A stretch of DNA of 61,711 bases, filler included, from Asterionella formosa (Eukaryota), in NCBI GenBank assembly GCA_002256025.1. It is 11 parts of 11 records of this genome, joined end to end, with 100 filler letters (N's around TTAATTAATTAA, not from the genome) between each part and the next. Parts side by side here need not be neighbours in the genome. Positions count along the whole stretch, not along the records: positions 1 to 5,544 come from NKIB01013023.1; positions 5,645 to 11,176 come from NKIB01013025.1; positions 11,277 to 16,802 come from NKIB01013026.1; 8 more parts are not named here. One strand, given 5' to 3'. Position numbers and translations under genes: made by a program. Positions 1 through 11,585 of this stretch are shown here, one piece after another; position 1 is the stretch's first letter; each line of letters begins with the position of its first letter. The notes under the pieces are model-generated. The model made no database searches. It was not told the origin of the DNA and saw only the letters and a list, made by a program, of their open reading frames with translations.

Positions 1-2
1 AT

Positions 3-1598
3 GTTCACCACTATGGTTGTGCAGCACTTTGGAACCTGACTGTGAATGATGATAAGAACAGGATAGCAATTGCTGAAGAAGGAGGTATCACTAGGATTCT
101 GTCTGCATTGAAGAATCATTTTACCAATGTCGATGTGCAACACTATGGTTGTGCAGCACTTTGGAACTTGACTGTGAATGATGATAAGAACAGGATAGCA
201 ATTGCTGAAGAAGGAGGTATCACTACAATTCTGTCTGCAATGAAGACTCATTCATTCATTGCTGATGTGCAAGAGTATGGTTGTGGAGCACTTAGCAACT
301 TGGCTTTTGATAATGACAAGAACAGGATAGCAATTGCTGCAGCAGAAGGTATCACTACAGTTCTGTCTGCAATGAAGAATCATTTTATCAATGTGGATGT
401 GCAACACTATGGTTGTGCAGCACTTTGGAACTTGGCTTTGAATGATGATAAGAACAGGATAGCAATTGCTGAAGCAGGAGGTATCACAATGATTCTGTCT
501 GCAATGAAGAATCATTTTACCAATGTCGATGTGCAACACTATGGTTGTGCAGCACTTCAGAAATTGGCTGTGAATGATGATAAGAACAGGATAGCAATTG
601 CTGAAGAAAGAGGCATCACTATGATTCTGTCAGCAATGAAGAATCATTCCTCAAATGCGGATTTGCAACACTATGGTTGTGCAGCACTTTGGAATTTGGC
701 TGTGAATGAGAAGAACAGGGTGGCAATTGCTGAAGCAGGAGGTATCACTACAATTCTGTCTGCAATGAAGACTCATTCATTCAATGCTGATGTGCAAGAG
801 TATGGTTGTGGAGCACTTAGCAACTTGACTTTTGATAATGACAAGAACAGGATGACAATTGTGGAAACAGGAGGTATAACTACAATTTTGTCTGCAATGA
901 AGAATCATTCATCCAATTTTTTTGTGCAAGAAGGTGGTTGTGGAACACTTTTTGTCTTGGCTTACAATAATGACTACAGCAAGGTGAAAATTGCTGATGC
1001 AGGAGGTATTGCTATGATTCTGACTGCAATGAAGACTCATTTACCCAATGCTAAAGTGCAAGAAAATGGTTGTAGCACACTTTTTGTCTTGTCTTACAAT
1101 AATGACAATAATAAGGTGGAAATTGCTGATGCAGGAGGCATTACTATGATTCTAACTTTGATGAAGACTCATTTATTCAATGCTAAAGTGCAATACCTTT
1201 GTTGTGCAGCACTTTCAAATTTAGCTGACAATAATGAAAAGAACAAGGTTACAATTGCTGCAGCAGAAGGTATCACTACAATTGTATCTGCAATGAATAA
1301 TCATTCCTCCAACTCTGATGTTCAACACTATGGTTGTGCAGCACTTCAGAACTTGGCTTATGATAATAAAAACAACCAGGTGATGATTTCCAATGCTGGT
1401 GGAAAAGTCGCAATTGAGTCTGCTGTGCAAAATCACTCATCCAATGCCGATGTGCAAGCAAAAGGTAATGGAGCCCTTCTTATTTTGACTGCAACCCCAA
1501 ATCCAACCACTTCAATTTCACTCAAGATTGCGAACTTGTTTTCAAGTGACAACAACAATTTGACAATTGCTGAAGCAGAAGTCTCTACTGCCACTTAA
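3..1598 (+). CDS. Armadillo (ARM)-repeat protein, about 11 tandem 44-aa units; 5'-truncated at the contig start
   Basis: The frame is open from position 3. Consensus NDDKNRIAIAEAGGITTILSAMKNHxxNxDVQHYGCAALWNLAV repeats with a 132-bp period (e.g. 45 and 177). The GC.AL.NLA helix-3 motif is typical of ARM repeats. Confidence 0.9.
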   Translation, partial: VHHYGCAALWNLTVNDDKNRIAIAEEGGITRILSALKNHFTNVDVQHYGCAALWNLTVNDDKNRIAIAEEGGITTILSAMKTHSFIADVQEYGCGALSNLAFDNDKNRIAIAAAEGITTVLSAMKNHFINVDVQHYGCAALWNLALNDDKNRIAIAEAGGITMILSAMKNHFTNVDVQHYGCAALQKLAVNDDKNRIAIAEERGITMILSAMKNHSSNADLQHYGCAALWNLAVNEKNRVAIAEAGGITTILSAMKTHSFNADVQEYGCGALSNLTFDNDKNRMTIVETGGITTILSAMKNHSSNFFVQEGGCGTLFVLAYNNDYSKVKIADAGGIAMILTAMKTHLPNAKVQENGCSTLFVLSYNNDNNKVEIADAGGITMILTLMKTHLFNAKVQYLCCAALSNLADNNEKNKVTIAAAEGITTIVSAMNNHSSNSDVQHYGCAALQNLAYDNKNNQVMISNAGGKVAIESAVQNHSSNADVQAKGNGALLILTATPNPTTSISLKIANLFSSDNNNLTIAEAEVSTAT

Positions 1599-2328
1599 AT
1601 TTCGTCTAAGATTCCTGCATTTGTTTCAAAGATGCAACAGAATGAGCAGAATGCTGACATTCAAGTAGATGGTTTCAAGGAGCTTGCAGATTGGCAGAGA
1701 ATAATGACACAAACCAAATGTCATTTGTTACAGCAGGAGGAGGTATCACTACAATTCTGTCTGCAATGCAGACTCACCAGAACAGGGTGATGATTCTTGA
1801 AGTAGATCTTCCTATCAAACAGAAACTGGGAAACTTGCTTTAATTTTTGAAGACAATCCAAGTGATGATTTCATTCAGCTTCAGAACTTGGCTGTTAATA
1901 ATGACAACAAGCAGGTGATGGTTGCTGACGCAGGAGGTATCACTACAATTTTGTCTGCATTGATTTGTCATGAATCCAATGCTAATTTGCAATACCATGG
2001 TTGTGTGACACTTCAGAGCTTGGCTGTGAATGACAACAACAAGATGACAATTGCAGAAGCAAGAGGTATCACTTGGATTCTGTCAGCAATGAAAAATCAT
2101 TCATCTAATGTGGATATGCAATATTATGGTTGTGCAGTACTTCAGAACTTGGCTGTAAATAATGACAAGAACTGGGTGATGATTCCTGAAGCAGGAGGTA
2201 TCACTATGATTCTGTCAGCAATGAAGAGTCACTCCTCCAATACTGATGTGCAATACTATGGTTGTGCAGCAATTCAAGAGCTTTGCTGTATGGTGCATAG
2301 CATTCCCTATATACATCAGACTATTTAA
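1599..2328 (+). pseudogene. Second ARM-repeat block, a disrupted continuation of the upstream gene
   Basis: After the TAA at 1596-1598, ARM-like sequence continues (MQQNEQNADIQ; GGITTILSAMQTH in another frame). ORF 1888-2328 holds about 3 more units. Confidence 0.7.
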
Positions 2329-2885
2329 ATTGCCATAATTAACCAAAACTTTATAGCTATGTTAATTATTTTCACAAGCACTACTAATGTAGATACTAAA
2401 TAGCTTGATGGATCTGACATGTAAAGATAGTGCAACAATATACACTACTAATCTAGAGTCATGATTCAGTATAGACATCTAGGACTAAGAGTAAGCATAG
2501 TGAGAGGAGTTACCTCTTCAGAGAATCTCAATGTAGGTTCTCATACATTGATTCCCTAATGTTTAAAGGGTCACCTAGGCTAAACCACATTGTGGTAGGT
2601 TGGCATGGTAATGAAGAATTAAGCCATGTGCCTCCTCTGGTAAGAGATCAGATATTTCTGTAATGGACATGTCGTGATTCAGCCATGGTTAACAACTTGG
2701 GATTAGATCAGATAGATGGCATTGCCATGCTTCAGTAGATTATATGTTGCCTGAACGTCATTAACAAGCAAGTGGACATTTTTACCTGGATAGTTAGAAA
2801 GAGACAGATTACGAAATTGTTCTACTATACTTTCCATGCGTTGAGTTGAACGTGATGTCATCTCAGCAGTTCGTGCCATCCACAA

Positions 2886-3295
2886 TCAAGATTGGCTGCT
2901 GCCGGTCACAAGACAAAGTATGGTTGTTGCGATGACGCAGGCGAGAATACTAAACAATTGAGAGAGGTATGTGAAAATCGTGGTATAAAAATGGAATTGT
3001 ACTGCCCCGCACACTCCACAACACAATGGTGTCGTGGAACGCGGTTTTGTCATTGTGAGACAGAGGGCACTAGCAATGATGCAAAGTGCAAAACTAACAG
3101 ATGAGTACCAAGGGCTATTATGGGCAGAGGCAGTACATACATCTACACGTTTAACAAATAGTACAATTAACTCAGTGACTAAAAATGGCCCAGACAATAT
3201 GTTCTACAATGACATGAATCCAAGAGGAGGACCCGACAACAAGTTATACAAGCAATTTGGGCGTGTAGGCTGGGTTACTGCAAGACATGGCATAA
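2886..3295 (+). mobile_element. Ty1/copia integrase fragment, frameshifted
   Basis: CDDAGEN...GIKMEL, ERGFVIVRQRALAMM, LLWAEAV and FGRVGWV are closely similar to the copia integrases at 33777-36874 and 42645-43433. Confidence 0.85.
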
Positions 3296-3420
3296 CGTCT
3301 GTAAAAAAAAGTATCATGCATATAGGATCAAGGGTATCGTACGCTAAGTGGCACAGGATTTTCGTATACATGATAATTTTTGGATCAAAAATATGATCAA
3401 GGTATCTTGTATCTATGATG
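3294..3420. repeat. Terminus of an unclassified AT-rich dispersed element (homologous to 6725-6836, inverted)
   Basis: About 100 bp including TAGGATCAAGGGTATCGTACGCTAAGTGGCACAG matches the reverse complement of 6730-6836. Confidence 0.75.
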
Positions 3421-5004
3421 ATTTATTAATATGTTACCAACCTTGAAGTATAATGATAATAAGAGCATTATCATCACACAATGTATATAAACTGATCAAC
3501 AACATTTCTCGTCAATATCATAAACCTTCTCATATAATTTTCACTTCTCGTGATCGCCCGATGTAAATCATAACTACAATGCATCCTAAAATCAGCTAAT
3601 TTATATGCTATCATTTGAATTGTTTCATCGTATATCTATCTTAAACATGATCATATTTCTAATTACAAGGATTGTTAAAAAAGGATTGGAACGGATCTTA
3701 ATTTAATTGACAAATTTAACAATGCTATCTATGATTCTACAGGCCAGCAACCCAACGTTTCTCTCTCTACTCGGCTCAATGTATATTGATCCTGTCTCGC
3801 CCTTTCCTTCCTCTATTCTGAATCTTGCGCCATGCAGTGCTTAATGTCTTCCATTTCTCCCTGCAATTAGTGACACTCTGAACTCACCGACTATTCCGTT
3901 GTTTGATTGGTTTTATTGTCCTATACAGTAACAGTAACAATGAGAAGGAATCATGATTTGTTAGCTAGTCATGTTACATTGACACAAGAACACGCAATTC
4001 CATCGTATCCTCTTGCTTCACTTACCACAGCCAAATCAAAGCAAGTGATGCATAAGTCTGTAATAGTTACTTGTCAGTAAATTCTTGAATAAGTAAGTTT
4101 CGGGTATCCAATGTTGTCGAATAAAACTTACCGGTTCATTTTTGTCAGCCTAACTTTGAGAGAAGGTAAACGTTTTGTCAGTTTTGTTCCAACAGAAGTG
4201 AATAGGTCCAACGAGCGGCAAGAGCACTTACGCAATTTGGTTTTGTTTTACATTGGTGCTCCCCAACAAGCGAAACGAGCTGTTGAATCAACTGAGAAAA
4301 AAGGAAATGTGCCTGCGTTTAGTTAACAATTTGTTGTTGTCCTTCCTCCCAACGATTGTCATCCAAGTAGCTACCACATTGATGGCTTCATTACCTTAAA
4401 CATTCTCCATCCTTCGAAGGCGCAATGTGTCGAAGTCACAATGTTTTTCCTTACATATTGCGTAAACTTTCTTTTCTTGTCATGTGCTTTACTACAACGT
4501 ATTTTTTCATGAAGCAGCAGGCATTGTTTGTTAACATGACAGAACGATTTCAAAAATATATATGCCATGAATATAGAAATAAAATTTGTAAATATATATA
4601 TATATATACAGTGTTATACATTTATAAAATTCAAAGGCGCTCTCGATATGGAACATCTGATATGGTTGAGATGATCATACTTGCATATACATAATTCGAA
4701 AATACTCAATGCACTATATGTCCATTGTTTTCCACGACTACGTGTACCGGTATTATTTCTGAAATTTATTTGCATCGATATTTTCTACGTCCGTTGAAAC
4801 TAATTATTTAGACCATTCAATTGGTGTAAGTCATAACCGCCAGGGTTTTGGTAGCAAATTGTTTAAGCCCCTTTTTTGGTTGGGAGCTCTTCATGTGTAC
4901 AGGTACATCATATGACAATAACAATATATCATTTATATATACAGAGTACCAGTAGCAGGTAGTAAGTGATATACTGGGGGTAGTCGGAGTAGTAAACTAG
5001 CAAC

Positions 5005-5445
5005 AGAACACCATATGTTCAGGACTGTTGCTACTGCAGTGGGACAGTAAATCATCATAGTTTTAGGATCGTATGATCGTAAAACTAAAAACCAAAAGAA
5101 CACCATATGTTCATGACTGTTGCAATTACAGTGGGACAGTAAATCATCATAATTTTAGGATCGTATGATCGTAAAACTAAAAACCAATAGAACATCATAT
5201 GTTCAGGACTGTTGCTACTGCAGTGGGACAGTAAATCATCATAGTTTTATTAGGATCGTATAATCGTAAAACTAAAAACCAATAGAACACCATATTTTCA
5301 GGACTGTTGCTACTGCAGTGGGATAGTAAATCATCATAGTTTTAGGATTGTATATCGTGAAACTGAAAAGCTGTAGTCGGAGTAATAATCAACCAATAGA
5401 ACACCATATGTTTATGACTGCTGCTACTGCAGAGGGACAGTAAAT
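5005..5445. repeat. Minisatellite, about 92-bp unit, about 5 copies
   Basis: AGAACACCATATGTTCAGGACTGTTGCTACTGCAGTGGGACAGTAAATCATC units start at 5005, 5097, 5189, 5284 and about 5398. Confidence 0.9.
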
Positions 5446-5544
5446 GAATTTAAGATCATCGAACTTTAAGGAAGACAACGACAACAGTTATCAAGTAGTA
5501 CAATGTCTTCAAGAAGCCATAAAGAGGTTCATGGAAACAAGCGA

Positions 5545-5644
5545 NNNNNNNNNNNNNNNNNNNNNNNNNNNNNNNNNNNNNNNNNNNNTTAATTAATTAA
5601 NNNNNNNNNNNNNNNNNNNNNNNNNNNNNNNNNNNNNNNNNNNN
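5545..5644. other. Artificial contig-joining spacer (N44-TTAATTAATTAA-N44). Further copies start at 11177, 16803, 22429, 28054, 33677, 39267, 44883, 50494 and 56104.
   Basis: An identical 100-nt spacer with a six-frame stop core recurs every 5.5-5.6 kb. Confidence 0.99.
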
Positions 5645-6836
5645 TAAGTCAAGAGCAAATGCCTTTCATGTTCCTTGCTTGTCATGCATCCACTTCCTGA
5701 AATGAAGGATCTCAAGCAACACATGATGCGAAAAACTGAAGTGACAATACAGCACAATGATACACCATGCGGCTAAGAAGGAGTGAATATGATGGAGAAG
5801 AGCGGAATCAACAAGCTATGCATAGCATCATGGTTTGTCAAGAACAAATGCCAGGATGATCAATTGCTGGGAATAGAAATACGGAATGACTCTTCCCCTT
5901 TCAGGTCCTTTTCGATTTGGTGGCTGGCCAACCATCAATGTGGACAAAAGAAATCGGTAAGTGCTATCAGCCATCTTTGGATCAATCCACAACTGTTAGA
6001 AAAACTGACACATATGTGTTGCTTCTTTCAGGATAATGGTAGACAAACAGTATTTTTAAGTAACAAACAGCAGTGTTGGAGCCCATTTATTGATCGATAC
6101 TTTGCTTCTCATTCAATCTTCAACTGAAACATTCCTCTTTTACAGAAATATGCATCAGTTACTTCCTCAATTTGTGGTAAGTGAAGATAGAAGCGAAATG
6201 AATGTTGTTGTGTAAGCAAAACATGAACAGCTTACAATGAATTGCTTCTCTTTGTTAGTATGGCTGATTGGAACAACGAAACGGATTCAATAGTAGTAGG
6301 AAAATGCGTGAATGCAAACTCAGATCCGTCAGGAGTAATTGGAACAAAGCAAGCAGGGGAACAACGGCAAGGCAATCAGTACAACATCCTTCAGAATTGG
6401 ATTGGGGGGAAGGTGGAAGTGAAAGCTGAAGCACCAATCATTGCGATGAGAGCATTGTAGAACATTCTGTAGCCACTCAAGATATAGAAAGCCACATAAA
6501 ACCATTCTTAAATATAGTTCTAAATTTTCGATCAATTTCATCCTATTTTAGACAGTGATATCGATGAGACTTACAATCATGCTAAGATAGATGCATGACA
6601 AAAGTATACACATCATATGACCATGTTTAACTAATTATATGATGCAATGGTATGATTATAACTATGATAGTATCATCATACTTCAAGCTCGGTAAAAGTT
6701 TACTGCATGATCATAATTATATGATACATTGATCATATTTTTGATCGAAAAACTATCATAGATGTAAAAATACTGTGCCACTTAGTGTACGATACCCTTG
6801 ATCCTATATTCATGATAATCTTTATTTACAGATGTT

Positions 6837-7754
6837 CCTACCGGAGCCCAGTGCACACTAACGGCACAAGGAACTCCGGAGTGTCCCCACTGCAAAAAAC
6901 ACGAAACAACTGAACACCTGCTCACATGCAAGAACCAAAGGATTATGTATGACAGAGGAATACGGTTGACCCACTTTGCATCGCAAATAGGGACGGCCCC
7001 AGTGGGGGAATACATAACATACAATTTTTAAAGTTTATAAAACTTCTCATTGCTGTGCACACAAACAGGGGAGTTCATTTCGGACTTCCCACTAGACACA
7101 CCAAGCAGAGACAAGACAGCAGTCCAACAGGCGATTTCTGGACAAGAAGCCATTGTTGGTAAGCAAGGTTCTTACTCTACAGGGGTACCTTTCAATCAAA
7201 TGGGCTTGGGCCATTATAGTCGTATCTTCAATCAGTACCCAGATACTACTCCCTCCACAGCTCAACGATGGAAAGTTGGGGCCACTATCCAACTGTGGAC
7301 TCTAGCCTCTAAAGCATGGGAGAGTCTATCCTCCACAAAGCCATCAAGCAATGTCCATATTGCTCAGCAGTCGGATTTGGATGCTGTTGTGCGCACAAAG
7401 ATGTACGCACAACAGCACGTTATCTGCATCTCTGATTCTCACCTTCTTTTCCAACATCCTCTACCCGATTTGCTGAGAGCCAGGCTGGGAGTTAAAAGAC
7501 GCTTTCTAGAGAAGGCCGAGTTCCTTCTGAAGGAGGCAGTCCATCAAACAAGCGCAGAGCGGTCAGACCTCTCTGCAAAATTCTATTCCAGTATTCCTAG
7601 TAGGAATCCAATGGAGTTCAGTCCAACCTCAGTATGGTCATCAAGGCCACAAACAGCACAAATGGAGATTTCCTCTTTCTTAACCCATTTCCCCCAACGC
7701 AGTGAGAGACTGACCTTGCAGCATCAGAGCACATCATCATTTGCACCACTTTGA
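6837..7754 (+). mobile_element. Non-LTR retrotransposon ORF2 3' remnant (possibly Ambal-like), degenerate
   Basis: CCHC zinc knuckle CPHCKKHETTEHLLTC at 6882-6929 preceded by PTG. The downstream ORF 7050-7754 has W..(I)QLW.....W and Y......D..LF patterns seen in diatom LINE C-termini. The family name is an inference. Confidence 0.65.
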
Positions 7755-8435
7755 TCTGAGTACTCTCATTTGAGAGCATGTACTTTCCACCCTTGCTTCC
7801 TGCATGTCAGTGCCAGAAGTCACCACATATGTTGGGTTGATATCTGGAGGGCACGGTCTTTTCTTTGCCCAGGCTGGTTGTACCAGGAAGCACTATGTAG
7901 GCTCCCCTACTACCCTAGCGTAGTCTTAGTACGGTGCTAAATAAATGAAGTTAATAATGATGTATGTAACAGAAAATAATTTATTTGAGCAGGAGCTTCC
8001 ATTGCTTGAAATAATTGACTCTGTTCAGAAAAGGTCTCATTCTAGACTTATTCAGCCTCCGAATCGAATCTTTTTTCTTCCAAATCAAAAATCAAAAGTT
8101 TAATAAACTGCAAATTATTTTTTTCCAACCTTCCTGCCTTCCTTTATGGATGTTGTACATATTGGTTACTCTGGTAGTGTCGTACCTACAAAACAGCGTG
8201 AACTTGCCGAACCTCCGTGTAATATACACCTTTCTATTTATGTAGGATACAAAAAGGCCATATTTGCAGGAGCCAACAGGGTGTATTTTACAGGGAGGTT
8301 TCGACTGTATCCCGGTATTAGTTCAAGTTTTGGCCCGAACTACGACCACTAAAATAGTGATGATGGATTTATATTTTCCTTCAAAATCTTGCTTTACTAA
8401 CTTGATTCAATCCATTGCACTGTCCAGTCTAGGAA

Positions 8436-9677
8436 ATGAACAGAGACATAACAGCGGGAGACTTCCCTCAAAATCGCAGCAAGCGTGCAGTAATATCATC
8501 GCATTTTCATTGCTATTTGCTTCGTTCGCTCGACCCTCGGCATCCTACCAAGACGTACGTTGGTTTCACAACTAATCCTCATAAACGCCTTCGTCAGCAC
8601 AACGGAGACCTGAAGAACGGAGGAGCCTGTAAAACCAGGCGTTCGGGTCGGCCGTGGGCCTTTGTGTTGATTGTTCATGGCTTTCCTGACCAACGAACAG
8701 CTCTGCAGTTTGAATGGGCTTGGCAGCATGTAGGAGCGTCACTGGCCGTACGAAACGCTATTGGAGATCCAAGTGCAGGAGCTCTTGCGCGCAAGCGTGG
8801 CGTCAATGGAAATCTCACGATGCTCAAGACTCTGATCAACGAATGCGAAAGTCTATGCAATGTACAACAAACGATTTTCTTCTTTGAGGAGCGGTGGAAG
8901 GCGTTCTTTGAACAAATCTCTACTGATTCGTATGGGACAAACGCACATACAAGGATCAGCATACAAGTAATTGGGAGTGTGCAAGAAATGCCTTTTTGGA
9001 ACGACCGGAGCAAAAAGATACTTTTAGAGAATGATGGAGAAGTCGTTGCGAATAAAAACAATGCTGAGACCGTGACATCTAATCTAGGCATGGTTCTAGC
9101 TGCAAAACAACAGCAACTGAATTGTTCGTTATGTATGCGACATTTCTTTGAAGGCGAAGATCCTATTGGTTGTAACTCGTGCTCTAGACTATTTCATGAG
9201 ATTTGTCTGGAGCTGGATGATGATGCTAGGGAAGGTCTTTGTCCAAAATGCACGAGGAGTATTAACTGGCAGGAAGGTGGTTACAGCAAGGTTGACTCAA
9301 CAAACTCAGATATGGATTCCATCACTGAGGCACTAAATTTTGTGGGATTAAGCAGTAATGACGAAGAATTGAAGTATTTGCCAATAAACCCAGACACTCT
9401 CTGTACTGGCAACAATGACAATTCTTGTGGAAATGCACCCAAGTTATTTCAAACTATAGATTTCATCATTGCTGACAGCTCAGAGGATGAGCACATTGAA
9501 ATGATGCAACCAAAACTTTGTTTAAATCTGGATCAGCTTGCAGTTTCATCATTGTCATCAACACCCAAGATCATTTGTCAACTATCATGCATTGACTTGA
9601 CTGTGGACACTCCTGGCCATGTGCTTGCTCCATCAGTAGCAGCATATGATATTATAGATCTATGTGAGACACCATAG
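8436..9677 (+). CDS. SLX1: Structure-specific endonuclease subunit SLX1 (GIY-YIG plus C-terminal RING/PHD-type finger)
   Basis: CYLLRS...[16 protein letters not shown]...GGA.KT...RPW...VHGFP....[10 protein letters not shown]; Cys/His finger CSLC...CNSC...FHEICL...CPKC. Confidence 0.93.
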   Translation: MNRDITAGDFPQNRSKRAVISSHFHCYLLRSLDPRHPTKTYVGFTTNPHKRLRQHNGDLKNGGACKTRRSGRPWAFVLIVHGFPDQRTALQFEWAWQHVGASLAVRNAIGDPSAGALARKRGVNGNLTMLKTLINECESLCNVQQTIFFFEERWKAFFEQISTDSYGTNAHTRISIQVIGSVQEMPFWNDRSKKILLENDGEVVANKNNAETVTSNLGMVLAAKQQQLNCSLCMRHFFEGEDPIGCNSCSRLFHEICLELDDDAREGLCPKCTRSINWQEGGYSKVDSTNSDMDSITEALNFVGLSSNDEELKYLPINPDTLCTGNNDNSCGNAPKLFQTIDFIIADSSEDEHIEMMQPKLCLNLDQLAVSSLSSTPKIICQLSCIDLTVDTPGHVLAPSVAAYDIIDLCETP

Positions 9678-9964
9678 CACCACTGATCTAAAAATTTCTT
9701 CTGTTCAAGCATAGTTAAAGCTGGTGCACAGTCTATGCTTGGTCAGTATACTTCTATGACCAGCAATGTCTGCAATTCATCTGGACCACACAAAATTCTG
9801 AAAACCTTGGGGAATCATCTCGTTCCACATTCTGATTTGTAATATATCTAGTACGTGTATGTAATTATTTTTAAATATTACTAATTTCTCCCTTCACTCT
9901 TTTTCTGCTTAACCTTTTCACATGAGATATAAAAAATTTATTAAAACATGTCATCATCAAGAGT

Positions 9965-10400
9965 CGAAAATGAGATGTGCCACAATTACATTCTCCTTCT
10001 TGGAGCGGCTGTATATAGTCTACAATTATAACTCTAACAAGTAAAATATTGTTAAAGTAGCAAAGGGTGAGGAGCTGAGGACAATTGAAATTGATTGAAA
10101 TTCTATAGAAAGAGGTGTTGAATATGTTATCATTCATCAGCTGCCATTGTACTATTGAGTCCAAAGTGAGATGTGCAACATTGGCCTTATCCTTTGTTGC
10201 ATGTATTAACTTTCATCAAATGTCCTTGTAGAGTACTACAACGACCCTCTTCTTATTGGAGCGGCTACAAATAGTCTGCAATGATATCTATTAGCAAATG
10301 CAAAATACTAAAAGCACCAAGGAGCTGTGGTAGATCAGATTTAATGGATATTCATTTTTTGCAAAAATCAGTTAAAACATCAATTTCGTCAGTTTTATCA
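9965..10400. repeat. Degenerate tandem duplication
   Basis: TGAGATGTGC, TTGGAGCGGCT...ATAGTCT and GGAGCTG.GG each occur twice, about 200-250 bp apart. Confidence 0.6.
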
Positions 10401-11585
10401 TGAATGATGAATATTGCTGCCTGATATGCAGCTAGAGTCAATTTGCTTATTTCCCTTAACCGTCATTACATGCATAGCCCTGAATGCGAAACAGCTGCTG
10501 AGTTGTTTCAAAAGCCAGCAGCTGCATCAGACAAAGGTCAGGATCAATAAGATGGGCATCACAAATCTCCACCATTATCTGCTGATGCTTATCCTTCACC
10601 TTTAAAGACAAGGTTCATAACCTTTCATGATGTTCAGACACTACACTTTGGTGATCACACAATTGTTTTGGCATTCTTGGTAAACAGGACGAGGAAGAAA
10701 ATACCAGTGACATAGTGGTCCAGGACGAAAAAACTAATGCTATAGAAGTCCTGACCACTCCTGGGATTGGTGTTTCTTTGTTCATCCGAGTTAATTGCCA
10801 ATTTGCACAAATGCGATATGCAAAATGATTTAGTCAGTGGAATTTGTGATTATTACCGCGATGCGATGTTTCTAGTTGCATATAGAACAAGAACAAGCCG
10901 TGTACCAAAAACTTCATTCTCCTTGAAGGTCCAGTACTAGTGCATGTTTAATGCGCACCTTTTCAGTTTTGTCTCACTCCCTATGATTTTTCCCATGCCT
11001 GCCGCACGGACGAGATAGGCCAGCTTTTGATGGAAATCATATTCATTAAGTAATTTAGGAAAGCGTTACTCATGTTGACCAAAATTGATTTGCAGAATAA
11101 GCCTCTGAACACAACTCGGATTTGCTGACTGTTGAACCGCTTCAGCAAGCTGTCGTCTAGATTTAGAATACAAAAANNNNNNNNNNNNNNNNNNNNNNNN
11201 NNNNNNNNNNNNNNNNNNNNTTAATTAATTAANNNNNNNNNNNNNNNNNNNNNNNNNNNNNNNNNNNNNNNNNNNNCGAATATTTCCACTCCACCATGAT
11301 AATCAGGACGCACCCGCGAATGCGAATTATATAAATATATGACATGCATAACATAATGTGTAACATTTTACATGACCATCACTCTGGTAAGTACAAAAAC
11401 AGTGCCCTTCTACATATTCATATCAAAAACAAACAACCAGTACTTACACATTCATTCCCATACCAGTTTCCATCTGTAGGATTAGTCATACTGCGTGCTA
11501 CAGTTACATGTCCAGCCCTAGAGGGCTGGATGCTCTATAGGGATGACGCCTAGAGGCGTCTTCCCTTTACCCTAACCCTAACCCT

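Noticed and set aside
5005..5445. CRISPR-like array
   Set aside because: Units repeat along their whole length with no unique spacers, there are no cas genes, and the context is eukaryotic.
5545..5644. Regularly spaced TTAATTAATTAA palindrome within N runs
   Set aside because: Artificial spacer. Gene neighbourhoods across it are meaningless, and ORFs that run into it (33721, 39318, 50542) are artefacts at that end.
8436..9677. GIY-YIG as a Penelope element or homing endonuclease
   Set aside because: The motifs ([20 protein letters not shown]) and the C-terminal finger are diagnostic of host SLX1, and no RT is linked.
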